In this document: piece after piece, positions 12,447 to 25,948 of the stretch
Numbering within the stretch: position 1 is the first letter of the stretch
How the letters are laid out: each line of letters starts with the position of its first letter
Assembly: GCA_951406725.2 (NCBI GenBank)
Contig: OX597822.1
Span: forward strand, 69,006,001-69,070,000
Source: Octopus vulgaris
Lineage: Eukaryota
Length of the DNA: 64,000 nucleotides
Direction: 5' to 3'
Position numbers and translations under genes: made by a program
Notes under the pieces: generated by a model
The model's input: the letters and a program-made list of their open reading frames with translations, nothing else
The model's database searches: none
Told to the model about the DNA's origin: nothing

Positions 12447-14285
12447 TTCACTTTTGAAATATATGAGTCCTCTTGAGTATAGCAAATTGCTGGTCATTTT
12501 GGTCCTTTGTCCTCTCCTCCATAAGGTTTAACATCTTGGGATCAGCTTTCATTACTTTGTCCTATGTTTTCTTGGGTTTCACTCTTCCATAAGTTTTCTC
12601 AGCTTCAAGTGTTGGGCCTCACAGAGGCAATGATCAAAACCTTTGGCATCATGTTGTGCTTGAGAACAAGACCCATCAAGCTGAGCAAAATTGTAGTTGT
12701 GACATACTGGTGGCATGCAAAGGCACTCATTACACTCTCAGAGTGGTTGATGTTAGGAGGGCATCCAGCCGTAGAAAACCATGTCAAATCATACTGGAGT
12801 CCGGTGTAGCCTTCCAGTGTGCCAGCCCGGTCAAACCATCCAACCCATGCCAGCATGGACAACAGACATTAAATGATGATGTGACTAGTAGCTTTTTAAT
12901 ACTTCTGTCCTCATCCATATGCATCACATGATCAAACAGCACATTTTTCTCTCTTGCATACTGCGTCAGATTCCTCTTCTGTCTAATTTTCTCCACACAT
13001 CTGCACTTTGTCTATATTACACACTGAGATTCCATGTCCATTAGAGTATACTAGCTTCGTTCCTTTCTTGTCTGTGCATGTCCTTTACATTTAGGGCCCA
13101 CATCTCACTACTATATAACATTGTTCACAAACATCATACAACCTTTTGTTGCCAACAGTGGTGATAGCTGTCTGAACTTTCTCCATCCTATTGTTGTTCT
13201 AGCAACTATACTTTCAGAACCTCCTTCTCCAATGCTAATTTGGTCATGTATATAACAGTAACTATCTATCACCCCTAGGGATCCTCCAATGTATTAAAGA
13301 AAAGTTTATTGCTCCTGTACATCTATCACATACAAAGACTACTTTCTTCATTAACCTTCCTTTGATCCCACTACACTCCACCTTTTGTATGTCTGTAGCT
13401 TGTACTGGTTTCACTGTATGGAATTTCTGCCTACACTTTTCCTATATATCAAAGCAGAGTCATTTAACTAAAGGAACTGGAGTCCTGTCTGTTTTCTTGC
13501 TTTCTAGAATATAGGTCTCTGCTAAGTTAATTTTAAGGCCTTCCAATTCCAGATTTTGCTTCAGCACCTAGAATTTCTTTTCTAATTCTACTACAGGTTC
13601 AGTTATTAGAACAAGGTCAACAGAATATAGTAGTTCTCCAGGGCAAGCAGTTTTAAATTCCTTTGTTATGGCCTGGAGGACTAAGATGAATAGAAGGGGG
13701 CCGAGAACTGAACCCTGCTGAACACTTACCTGTTCTCTAAATCTGTCACTGTATTCATGATTAACTATCACCTTATTGATAGCACCCAGTACGTGACTTG
13801 TATAGCTTTCACAAGCCATTCATCTAACTAGCTTTCTGAGAGATTGCCATATTATAGAGTGAGGGACTCTGTTGAATGCTTTCTCCAGATTGATGAATGC
13901 CAAGTACTGTGGTTTTCTTTTAACTAAATATTTCTCCCTAGTACAAAACCAAACTATATCTTATCTAATTCTGTTCCTAATTAATTGAGCTATAACTCTG
14001 TGACTTTCATGAGCTGTTCCAGAAATTTTTGAACCTCTGTTATTACTTCTGTCTCAAGCATCACCTTTACTCTTGTAACAGTTGACTCTAATGCTGCTAC
14101 ACCAGTCATTGGGTATGATACCTTCTTGTACAACCTGATTAATTATATGGTTGATTAGTCTATATCCCAATCTGTCAGATATTTTAAGCATTTCAGCATT
14201 AATTCCTGATGGGCCAGGAGGCTTTTCCTGCTTTCATGCCCTTAATTGCCATATCTACCAAACTGTTAGCATATCAATTTCCTGG
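12447..14285 (-). pseudogene. Decayed RTE LINE ORF (RT to C-terminus), interrupted at ~12609-12880 by another RTE 3' end in opposite orientation
   Basis: ORF 13568-13819 (VQQGSVLGPLLFILVLQAITKEFKTACPGELLYSVDL) aligns with the intact copy. Flanking sequence is collinear with 34881-36540 but has stops and frameshifts. Confidence 0.88.
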
Positions 14286-14370
14286 CTGATAACTTAAAGA
14301 ACCTGAAGTGAATTGCAAGGCATTTTCTGTGGGTGGCAGTTGAATAGTTTTTTTCTTTTTTTCAATTTTT

Positions 14371-14950
14371 CAAGCATGACCTTTGAATGTTGGGCCTCAC
14401 AGAGGCAATGACAAAAGACTGAGACCTCTGGAGGTATGCTGTGACCGAGAAGACCTGGCAAATAAAGTGAGTACACAGCTGTAACCTACACCAGTGTTGC
14501 AAAACCAGCCCACTCAAAGTACCTTAGGGTGATATGCCATGCTTGAGGAGACCTATTGAGTCAAGTACATCAACATCAACAGCAATATCAAAATCAAAAT
14601 CAAATCAAATGGAAATTGTAGTTATGAGCCCCATGCTGGTAGCATGTAAAAAGCACCATCCGAACGTGGCTGAAGCCAGAGCCGCCTTGACTGGCTTCTG
14701 TGCTGGTGGCACATAAAAAAGCACTTTCTGATCGTGGTCGATGCCAGCTCCTCTGGCCTTTTGTGCTGGTGGCACGTCAAAAGCACCCAATACACTCTCG
14801 GAGTGGTTGGCATTAGGAAGGGTATCCAGCTGTAGAAACACTGCCAAATCAGATTGGGGCCTGGTGTAGCCTCCTGGCTTCCCAGACCCCAGTCGAACCG
14901 TCCAACCCATGCCAGCATGGAAAATGGATGTAAAACGATGATGATGATGA
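14371..14950 (+). mobile_element. RTE LINE 3' fragment (ORF C-terminus + 3'UTR + ATG tail)
   Basis: Translates KHDL*MLGLTEAMTKD*DLWRYAVTEKT, like the intact ORF end, followed by the shared tail ending in (gat)n. Confidence 0.85.
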
Positions 14951-15957
14951 CACTTGATGAAACTGACTTAGAAACAAAATCATTTCCAGCTGTGACCATT
15001 ATGTCTTTTTCGGTTTTTTTCCATGCACACTACAGATGCTAAACGATGATGATGATGATAATGGCTGTACCCTGAAGTACACTGCTCAGTGTGTCTTCAG
15101 ATATAATTTGAAGGAGATTTGATTGTTATTTCTAGTAATTGGAACGACCACATAGAGCCTCCCTGTTTCAAAGTACTCTAATCATTTTCCCTACCACGAC
15201 CACCACCTCTAGTTTTCCATGTCATCTAATTTCAGTTGCTTAAACGACTGAGAAAGAAAGATCTAACGAATTTGACCTCAGCTATTGTCAGAAGATGATG
15301 ATATTATAAATCATCATTGTCATCATCATCCTCATCATTGTCATCATCGTCCTCATCATTCCATCTACCGCCATAGTTGTCATCGTCCTGCTCATCACCG
15401 TCATTGTCATCATCGGCTGCTGTACTCTTCAACTTTAAGCTTATTATGAAATATGAATAAAAATATCTCAAAAAAACTTCAAAAGCTTTCATACAAAGGT
15501 CAAAGGTTAATGGAGAATAATTTCCCCTCCCCACCGTCCTAAAAAAATAAAAAATATAGTGCCATATAATTATGGGAAATGAGATTGGATTTAATCTGAC
15601 AAAAGAGGAAAAAAATATATTTTAACAATTTTTCTTTTTTTTTTATTTCTGAAAAACCCCAGTTTTACTGAAATTATATTTAATGGTCTCGGTTTGCTTC
15701 AATGGTTAGTTTATTAAAACTTCTATAATTAGTAATTAATGATTTTTTATTAAAAACTTTTCTGTGAGTTCAGACATGGTCGAATGGTTAAGAAGCTTGT
15801 TTTGTAATCATATGGTTTTGGTTTCATTCCCTCTGTGCAGCACCTCGGGTCTTCTGCTATAGTCCTGGTCAACCAATCCCTTATGACCGAATTTGATACA
15901 TGGAAACTGTGTTGGAACCCATTGTGTGTGTATATGTGTGTGCATGTGTGTGTGTAT

Positions 15958-16156
15958 GTGACCACGTGTGTACCGTTGGTGATTTTCTTTCTCCGTCTTC
16001 CCTTCTTTGGACTTTTTCTATATTTCTGATGAAGAGCTCCGCTCGAAACGTGAAATCCTCTTTCTTTTCTTTCCTTTCCTGAACGTCCCATTACACTGTA
16101 CTTATTCCATGTCCTCGTGTTGTTGTGTTTTCTTGCTTGTTCTTGTTGGGATTACT
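15958..16156 (+). mobile_element. Hammerhead-bearing short repeat family H2 (Penelope pLTR-like), ending at (TA)n
   Basis: Homologous to 19585-19785; hammerhead at 16022-16056. Confidence 0.7.
16022..16056 (+). ncRNA. Minimal type I hammerhead motif (H2)
   Basis: ATTT-CTGATGA-A-GAGC[tcc]GCTC-GAAAC-GTG-AAAT. Confidence 0.7.
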
Positions 16157-16629
16157 ATATATATATATATATATATATCTTACCGTTTTTACCAATATAT
16201 ATATCTCGACCAACATGTGTCCCCGCTACCGAAACGGTAATTATTTCTACGCCAGCTATGTTGTTGTTGTGTTTTTGTCTCATTTGGTCTAAAGTCGTAT
16301 GACAACCACCGTTATATATATTTTGTTTATTCATTACTGTTTTCAATTTCGTTTTCGTCTCTTGTATTCACATCCGTCTTGTGCGTTCACATTCCTGTCT
16401 TCTACCAAGAAATCTAATGCTTACAGCTTAGTTTTTTTTCTTGGGGCTGGCCGAGTTGGAGCAAATATCAGAATTGAACAGCCGAAATTTGCTATGATGA
16501 TTCGGTGTCTGACTGAAGATTGAAGGCTTCGAATGATTTGTCTGTGTTCCATGTTCGTCCCTTCCTGTATTTCACGTTCATTATATATAAAAACATTCAT
16601 TCTTATATATATATATATATATATATAGA

Positions 16630-16925
16630 CTGGCTCCCGTGTCAGTGACATGTAAAAAGCACCATCCGACTATGGCCAATGCCAGTGCCTCCTGACTAGC
16701 TCCTGTGCTGGTGGCATGTAAAATGTACTGTCTGAATGTGATCGATGCCAGGGCCACCTGACTGACTGCTATGCCAGTGGCACGCAAAGAGCTCCATCCA
16801 AATGTGACTGATGCCAGTGCCCCAAGACTGGTTCCTGTGCCAGTGGCACATAAAAAACACTATCCAAACGTGATCAATGCCAGGCTCACCTGACTAGCTC
16901 CTGTGCCAGTGGCACGTAAAAAGCA
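16630..16925 (+). repeat. ~62-bp tandem array inside an RTE 3'UTR fragment
   Basis: Repeated ctggctcctgtgccagtggcacgtaaaaagcaccatcc units. Confidence 0.75.
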
Positions 16926-18329
16926 CCCACTTCACTCTCAGAGAGGTTGGTGTTAGGAAGGGCATCTAGCTGTAGAAACTCTGCCAGATCAGATTGAAGT
17001 CTGGTGCAGCCGCTGGCTTTCCAGACCTCAGTCAAACCGTCCAACCCATGCCAGCATGGAAAATGGACGTTAAGTGATGATGATGATGATGATGATATAT
17101 GTAATTATCATCATTGTTTAATGTCCATCTTCCATGCATGCATGGGTAGGATGGTTGACAGGAGCCGGCCAAGTAGAAAATCTACCCAAGGCTACTGTGT
17201 CTGTTTTGGCAGGGATTTTACAGCTGGATGCCCTTCCTAACACCAACCACTCCACAGAGTGGGCTCAGTGCTTTCTATGTGGTACTAGCATAGGTGAAGT
17301 TACTTTTGGCAAGATTTTTACAGCTGGGTTCCCTTCCAAATGCCAATCACACTACAGTGTGGTGTGGATGCTTTAAATGTGGCACTAGCACTCGCAGGAT
17401 GACCAAGTAACTCACAAGACAAGGAATTATGAGAGGGGCAGGGCATTCGTGTCAGAGGATGAAAGTTAGTGTGTGGCAAAGAGACAGAGAGACAGGAGCA
17501 GGTGTCTTTCCACAACAGAGGGGCATTAGAGGAGGTGATCCAGTATTAGATGATGAGAGGTTAGAGTGTAACAGAGAAATAGAGAGGCAGAAATAGGTGT
17601 CTTGCTATAGAAGAGGTACATGGTTACCCAGTGAGAGGAGATAGAGAGTTAGAAAGAGGCCAGAACCAAGTGTGCTGATGTAAAGGTGATACTTGGTTAC
17701 CTAATCAGAGGAAAAACAAGAGAAGGAGAGAGTGAGTGACCAAAGGGAAAGAGAGAGATAGAGAGAGTAGGAAACAGCAAAAGTGTAAGAGAGAGCAGAA
17801 GAGAGATGGTGTAGTGCTAGGGGCATACTCACAAATAACAAGAATATGAGTGTAGAACCTGGTTAGAAAAATAGGGTGTGGGTGGTGGGGTGTTGAGCAG
17901 TGATACAGGGAGCATGGTAGTGAGGGCAAGAAAGGGTATTGGAAAATAATCGTAACGTATGAGGAGGAAATGTGAGGAAGACAAAGATGCAATTAGAAGA
18001 GGAGTTGTTGTTTGATTTCTTAGGGTAGAATGGGTGAAAAGTGTGCTGTTACATGTGGGTGGAACACAACTCTTCTAGTACTCAGCTTCATGGATGGGTC
18101 CTATATATGTGTGTGTGTGTGAGATCCCTCCCCTCCACTTGACAACAGGTGTTGGTATGTTTATGTCCCCATAAGTTAGCAGTTTGATAAAAGAGATTGA
18201 AAGAATAAGTATTAGACTTAAAAAAAAAATACTGGGGGTTGATTTATTCGCCTAAAAGTTCCTCAAGGTAGTGCCCCAGCATGGCCACAGTCAAATGAGT
18301 GAAACAAGTTAAAGAAAAAAAATCATTAA

Positions 18330-18803
18330 CCCTTTCATTACTGTATTTCTGTTGAGACGCTCTATGTTTCTTTCAATTATTTTAAATATAACAAAGAATT
18401 TAGTAAAATAACTTAGTTATCATTAAGCTAGTGTTAGGAACATAAATTGTGACTAAGGTTTGGTGGAAGATTTTAATTCAAAACTTATGAAAAACTAGAC
18501 ATTTGTACTACAGAGCCAGAGTTGGTTTCAGCCGAGTTGGTATCAAAAGGGTTAAGAATTGTTTCTATATTATATATTTTAACCCTTTTGTTACCAAATT
18601 TTTGTTGAGATGCTCTGTGTTTCTTTCAATTATTTTAAATATAACAAAGAATTTAGTAAAATAACTTAGTTATCATTAAGCTAGTGTTAGGAACATCAAT
18701 TGTGACTAAGGTTTGGTGGAAGATTTTAATTCAAAACTTATGAAAAACTAGACATTTGTACTCAGAGCCAGAGCCGGTTTCAGCCAGGTTGGTAACAAAA
18801 GGG
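18330..18803. mobile_element. Two adjacent piggyBac-type MITE family 1 copies (18330-18551 and 18583-18803)
   Basis: Each copy has TTAA flanks and CCC/GGG termini. Confidence 0.88.
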
Positions 18804-19584
18804 TTAAAAATGTAAGACTTCAAAATTAAACAGTGTCTGTGTATTTTCCCGTTGTCTGGACTGGGCTATTGTTATGATACTGAATATGTGAATCTACAGC
18901 TTGTGAATAAAAAAAAAGCAGTCTAGTAATTTAATTAATGAATTAATGCATTGTAATGTATTAGTATAATTATTGTGTTAGTATTAATTTAAACAGTGTG
19001 ATAATTGAAATTGTATTATTAATTAGAGCAGTGTTTTAATTGAAGTACTGGTAATTGTCATACTAATTTAAGCACTGTATTAATTAGAATTAATTAGAGC
19101 ATTGTTTTAGATAAAATGTTATGTAATTGAGCTGCTGTTTAATAGGCATCGTGAGCATTGATCTGTTGGCTGAGAAGTTTATGGTTCAGTTCCTGGCAGG
19201 TACTTATGCTGCATCCCTGCAGGTAGTCTAATTAGTCTACGGAGGAGGAACAGGGGTCACTGATTGTCATTGAAGTGTGTTCATGTGGGTGTGGTGTAAA
19301 GTTGGTGAATTTAAGAGAAACAGAGGTCGATGTAGTTGCAGTTGGGGAGGCAGAAGGAGAGGATAAAACAGGAGGAGAGTGCATAGAAATGACTATTGAA
19401 TGTTGGTCAGAGGAGTATAGAGTAAATGCCTCTTGCTTCTTTTATTATTTTCTGTTTTTATTTTTCACTTGTTTCAATCATTTGACTGTGGCCATACTGG
19501 GGCACCACCGTTTCATTTCGAGTAAAAATTATTTTCAGCTCATCACCTCAAATATAACTTGCACTCAAGTATGCAATATGTTTT

Positions 19585-19781
19585 GTGACCGCGTGTGTAC
19601 CGTTGGCGATTTTTTTTCCTCCGTCTTCCCTTCTTTGGATCTTTCCTTTTCCTTTGTTTCTGACGAAGAGCTCCGCTCTAAACGTTAAACCCTCCTTCTT
19701 TCCTGAGCGTCCAATAATACTATACTTGTTCTACGTCCTCGCGTTGTTGTGTTTTCTCTTGGTGTTTTCATGTTTGGATTA

Positions 19782-19785
<4 letters not shown>
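19585..19785 (+). mobile_element. Second H2 copy, ending at (TA)n; hammerhead at 19656-19690
   Basis: GTTT-CTGACGA-A-GAGC[tcc]GCTC-TAAAC-GTT-AAAC inside a ~200-bp repeat shared with 15958. Confidence 0.7.
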
Positions 19786-19820
<35 letters not shown>

Positions 19821-20020
19821 TTGTGTATCTGTGGTTTGTCTTACCACCATTGCCTGACAACCAATGTTGGGGTGTTTATGTCCCTGTAACTTAGCGGTGC
19901 AGCAAAAGAGACTGATACAATAAGTACCAGGTACCAGGTTTATAAAGAATAAGTCCTGGTGCTCCAGCATGACTGCAGTCAAACGACTGAAACCAATAAA
20001 CAAATAAAAGAATATATATG

Positions 20021-20062
<42 letters not shown>

Positions 20063-21481
20063 CAGTGTGTAACCTACATTATTCCACCCATTTGGCACTA
20101 AAAAGTTAAAGCTTACAGCTATGTGATGAATAGAAATTGATAAAATAAACATTGGACTGAGATCAAAACTGGGAACCAACCAATGTGATGGAGATGGTGC
20201 CCCAGCGTGGCCACAGTCTAATGACTGAAATCTGTAAAAGAACTAAAAGAAAATGGCATATTTTCTGTGTAGGAAATGCTTGAGAGCAATTTTCTGTGAG
20301 TTAAAGTGTATCATATCAGCTAAAATGGAGCGGAACCATTGAGTTGTTCCTCTTGTGATGCTGGCATTTGACTGGAAGTATCAATCTTAGAATGATTGAC
20401 AAGCTCTGTTGGATATATTCTTTGTTTGAAAGTGTCTCGGTGAGAATATGGGAAAATAATGGCACTACTTATGAAAGAGGAGATTTAATATACTGTAAGG
20501 ACTTCTGTGTGTGTGTGTGTAGTTTGTGTAAATGCACTTTTACTGTTCTACATCTGGTTTTTCTGTGTTAGTAGAAATGGGATAGATTTTGATGGAACAA
20601 TTTCACATATAAGTTTATATAATAGGTGCAGGCGTGGCTGTGTTGTTAAGAAGTTTGCTTCCCAACCTCATGGCTTCAGGTTCAGTCCCACTCTGTGGTG
20701 CCTTGAGCAACTCTCTTTTACTGTAGCATCAGGCCAAACAAAAATATTGTAAATGGATTTCATTCATGGAAACTGAAAGAAACCCGTTGTGTTTATATGT
20801 ACTTGTATGCATGTGTCCACTCTGTAAAGTGGTTGGCATTAGGAAGGGCACCCAGCTGTAAAAACTATGCCAAAACAAACAGTGGAGCTTGGTACAGTCT
20901 TCTGGCTTGCCAGCTCCTGTCAAACCGTCCAACCCATGCCAGCATGGAAAATAGACATTAAATGATGATAATAATGATGGTGTGTGTGTATGTGTGAAAG
21001 TTATGGCCCACTGGTTAGAGTGTTGCACTTATGATTGCAAAATTGTGGTTTCAAATCCTGGATTGGGCGATGTGTTGTGTTCTTGAGAAAAAATGTTCAT
21101 CTCATGTCGCTCTGCGATCACTTCAACATGTGACACACTTGTGCACCTGTACAGGTAATGTTAATTTGATGGAGAGAGTGAACTAATGTACAGCGCAAAC
21201 ATTTGATCACTATAAACAAATTACATGTGCGTGTTGTTCAGAAATAAGTTGTGAAACCCTCATCAGTCACCTACAACAAGAGAGTCCACCATCTGTGTGT
21301 GTGTGTGTGTGTGTATGTTTCCTTGTCTTGACATCATGTGATCGATGTAAATGATTATCACTGTCATACAAGCAGTGTCCTTCATTTCCAATATTCTTGG
21401 AGAACATATCTGGCCATTACTATTTTTAAATCTCACAACATGAGATATTCAGCAACAGTACTTTGTAGTAAAGATTGTTTG

Positions 21482-21766
21482 CCAACATAACATGGCAGTC
21501 CTGGTTTAGGACGAATGTTGCTGTAATTTAGCCCCAGGAGATATCGTCTCCAGCTGGCTATATGACACGATCTATGTCCTTATAGTTTCGAATAACCCAG
21601 AAGTCATGATACACAGATATTGTTTTGAGCTGAGTAGGGGTGCTAGATTCCCTTGTTCCTAAATATAAGGACACAGATCATGTCGTATAGCCAGCTGGAG
21701 ACGATGTCTCTTGGGGCTAAATTACAGCAACATTAGTCCTAAACCAGGACTGCCATGTTATGTTGG
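21482..21766. mobile_element. Fold-back MITE with ~105-bp terminal inverted repeats
   Basis: 21482-~21586 is the reverse complement of ~21661-21766 with few mismatches. Confidence 0.85.
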
Positions 21767-24700
21767 TACTTCATTTCGCATTGCTCCAGCATGTTCAGTT
21801 GAAAATGTGTACCAGATGGCTGTTGGGGCTGCTGTGTCTCCCTCCAGCTTCCACATCATTGGTGTTCTGCTGCATCATGTATGAGAAGATGAAGAAGGTG
21901 TCTTCATTCACTCTAACTCCAGAGGCACCTAAAATGACTAGGAACAAGCTGTTTAGGTCATGATGGTTAAGCTTTTTAATATGTTGAAACTCTTTGGCCG
22001 TTCTGTAATTTGATTTGTATAAAGGACCACAATGGGGTCGGCTTAATTGATTCCACAGACCTCAATCTAGTGCTTTGTTGACCTTGAAAGGATGAAAAGC
22101 AAAATTGACCTTGGTAAGATTTGAAGTCTGAATGTAGATAGCTGAAATATATACAGCAAAACATTTTTTTGCTGTGGGCGGGATTTGAACTCAGAATGTG
22201 GAGAGCCGGAACTTATACTGTAAAGCATATTTTCCTGATGCTCTAACGAGCCTACCAGCTCACTACTATAAAACAATGGTTTCAAATTTTAGCACAAAGC
22301 CAGCAACTTTGGGGTAGAGGTTAAGTTGATTACGTCAATCCTTGTGCTCAACTGGTTCTTATATTATCATTCTTGGAAGGACAAAGTTGATTCTGGTGTC
22401 ATTTGAACTCAGAACGCAAAGTTGGTTGAAATGGCATTAAGCATTTTACCCAGTGTTGTAACGATTCTGCTAGCTTGTTGCCTTACCACTGTAAAATAAC
22501 AACAATTGGCAGCTACTCTTTACTCTTTTACTTGTTTCAGTCATTTGACTGCGGCCATGCTGGAGCACTGCTTTTAGTTGAGCAAATCGACCCCAGGACT
22601 TATTCTTTGTAAGCCTAGTACTTATTCTATTGGTCTCTTTTGCTGAACCGCTAAGTTACAGGGACATAAACACACCAGCATTGGTTGTCAAGTGATGCTG
22701 AGGGGACAAACACAGACACACAAACATATACACACAAATAGATACAATGGGCTTCTTTCAGTTTCTATCTACCAAATCCACTCACAAGGCTTTGATTTGC
22801 CTGAGGCTATAGTATAAGACACTTGCCCTAGGTGTCATGCAGTGGGACAGAACCCAGAACTTTGTGGTTGGTAAGCAAGCTACTTACCACATAGCCACTC
22901 CTGCGCCTATTTATTTATCTTTTTGCAGACTTATGTCTATTATTGTTTGGATTCTAAAGCAGGAAAGGCTGTTGGTGCTGGTTATATAATTTTCCCCAGC
23001 ATTCAGTTGTCCTCATTCAGTGGTTTTATGCTACTGAAACAGAAAAAGTACAAGCAAAAGAAACGAGGAAAGAATCTCATAGATATCTCAGTTGATAATG
23101 AGAAAAATGAAGTCAGTTGGGTGGTGTTTATGGTGATGATGCTAGTAGCACAAGCTTGTGTTTTGCGCTGAGTTTATTTTGACAATGAAACATCCATCTG
23201 TTGATACTAAAGGTGGAGATGATATTACAGTAGCCCCAGGAGAGCAAGAGAGGATGTGGGAAGTATATAATTTTTTGTAGGCTATTGATTTCTTATATAA
23301 AACAACCTCCAAACCCAACAAATTCTGACTTCAGATTTATACTTGCATAATAAATAACCATGAGATTGTGTGATATTCATGCATTTCTTATGGCTGTTGG
23401 TAATGTAAAAGAGTTAGCATGATTGCAAAGGGCAAGTCAGTCTCAGTTTAGGTATAGTCGTGTGGTTAACAAGCTCAGCTTTGCACCATGTAATTTTGGG
23501 TTCAGTTCCACTGCACGGTACCGTGGGTAAGTGTTTTCTACTACTGCCCCAGGTCAACCAAGGTCTTGTGAGTGAATTTAACAGACAGGTACTGTATGGG
23601 AAGTCATTTTGTGTGTGTGTGTCTTTGTGTTTGTCTGCCCCACTACTTGACAACTGGTGTTGGTTTGTTTACATCCCCATAACTTATTGGTTCAGCAAAA
23701 GTGTCAGATAGAATAAGTCCCAGACTTAAAAAATAAGAACTGTGGTTGATTTGACTAAAACCCTTCAGGGTTGTGCTACAGCATGGCTGCAGTCAAATAA
23801 CTGAAACAAGTAAAAGGTAAACGATAGATTAATTCCATTAACATTGGTACCAAATTTTGGCACAAACCAGCAATTTTGGGGTAGGGGGTAAGTCGATTAC
23901 ATTGGCCCCCAGTACTCAACTGGTACTTATTTTAGGATGAAAGGCAAAGTTGACCTCACTGGAATTTGAACTTTAGCATTTTGCCCGGTGTGCTAACAAT
24001 TTCATTAACATTAACCACTAATAAGGTGGTGAGCTAGCAGAAACGTTAGCACGCTGGGTAAAATGCTTAGCGGTATTTCGTCTGCCGTTACGTTCTGAGT
24101 TCAAATTCCGCTGAGGTCGACTTTGTCTTCATCCTTTCAGGGTCGATAAATTAAGTACCAGTTGCATACTGGGGTCAATCTAGAGTCGAAAAGAATATTA
24201 ACCACCAGTTATTTCTGCCTTTTGAAAAATAAAGAAAGTTAAATAAGTCCACTACTAGAAGGACAGGAAAATAATCCAGTATTAATTTCATGTTAATCCT
24301 AGTTAAACAAACACAAACGGGAGCTTTTGTTGTTGTTGTTACTGTTGTTATTCAATACCACCCTCTCTACCTGCCCATGTCAGCTTTGATTAACTTGACT
24401 TATGTGTTCCCCATTTTATTTTCAGAAGTGTAATTTAAACTATGAACTAACTAGCTGTCAAAATAGCATTATTGGTAAGATAGTGAAATGAAGGATTCTT
24501 CATTGTCTGAAAATAGAAAACTGCACGTCTGTGACTACCCTATTCAATGTGTTATTTTGTATATAGGTGCAGGCGTGGCTGTGTGTTAAGTAGCTTGCTT
24601 CCCAACCATATGGTCCTGGGTTCAGTCCGACTGCATGGCACCTTGGGCAAGTGTCTTCCACTATAACCTCAGGCTGACCAAAGTCTTGTGAGTGGATTTG

Positions 24701-25249
24701 GTAGACAGAAACTGGAAGAAGCCAGTTGTGTATATATATATATATATATAAAAATATATATATGTATGTTTATAAGTGACCAGTAAATTCCACCAGGTAA
24801 ATTCTGCCAGCGGGTGGAATTTACCGTAGTGGAATACACCTTGGTGAAATTTACCTAGTGGAATTTTCCGTGGCAGAATTTACTGCAGTGGAATTAGAAC
24901 CATGTATATATTTGTGTGTCCATGTTTGTCCCCGCCACCATCGCTTGACAACTGATGCTGGTGTGTTTATATCCCCGTCACAAAGTGGTTTGGCAAAAGA
25001 GTCTCATAGAATAAGTACTAGGCTTACAAAGAATAAGTCCTGGGGTCGATTTGTTCAACTAAAGGCGGTGCTCCAGCATGGCTGCAGTCAGATGACTGAA
25101 ACAAGTAAAAGAATAAAAGAAGATATATATAAGAGTGGTAATAGTTGATTTGAGTAAGATTTGGGTGCCGTTTCTAGCATAGAGCTCCCTCATTGGTTTC
25201 TCAAGGGGTCTAGAAGATATCATTAGCATATGGATTTATATCACAAAGT

Positions 25250-25915
25250 CTAGGAGTTCATATTCCACTGTAAGATGGCTTTACTAGAATTACTTTTTAT
25301 TGTTGTTGTTGAAAAGCCCTTGTCAGCTCCGTAAAGCTAACAAAGAATAAAAATCATAGCAAGAAAGAACACAAAATATAAAACCACCATCTGGGAAACG
25401 GCCTTCCTCAGTATGCAGAAAAGGTAGAAATTCTATATAGCGTATCTGGTGTGAAGCGTTTGTTCACAAGAAATGTGGTGGGATCACAGACAGATTGACA
25501 CAAATGGGATATTATGTATGTAATAGATGCAAAGAAGTTAGCAGTCTGAGCACCCTTATTATATGCTTTTCAAATGATTGGAAGGTTTCTATAAAATTGC
25601 TGGTCTCTTCTGTTAGGTGGGTGTTGCAAAAGCAGAGTGGCCTGTGGAAAATGTCTAGGAGTTATAATCTCTGCTGCAACAGAGGGGTTCTTTCTCTGGG
25701 TGAAAAACAAACTAAAATGCTTTCATATAAAGTGCAATATTGCAGGGTAGTGAAGCATTCTTGGATGCAATCTTGAATAAGTGAAGATTGGCAAAAATAG
25801 GAGTGTGTTCCACTGATTATGTAACGTTAGCGTACATGTGTGACTGAACACAAATGAGGTGAGAAAAAAACCATATAGGAGAAATCAACAAAAAATGAAG
25901 CTTGTACTGCTATGT
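25250..25915 (+). pseudogene. Highly decayed RTE ORF fragment including the PHD-finger region
   Basis: KPPSGKRPSSVCRKGRNSI*RIWCEAFVHKKC and YVCNRC parallel QTPSGRWPCSICRKGVGRNSIRCTKCKLWTHKRC and FVCGRC of the intact copy. Confidence 0.7.
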
Positions 25916-25948
25916 ACAAATCTCACTTAATATTTGTAGGAGTAAGTA

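Noticed and set aside
16630-16925. CRISPR-like regular repeats (also 33042-33675)
   Set aside because: Whole units repeat with no unique spacers, there are no cas genes, and the context is eukaryotic; these are tandem repeats tied to RTE UTRs.
22923-23171. Good-looking acceptor (tttttgcag) and 82-aa ORF in intron 2
   Set aside because: In the required phase 2 it hits a stop after ~20 codons, and exons 2 and 3 already join in frame.
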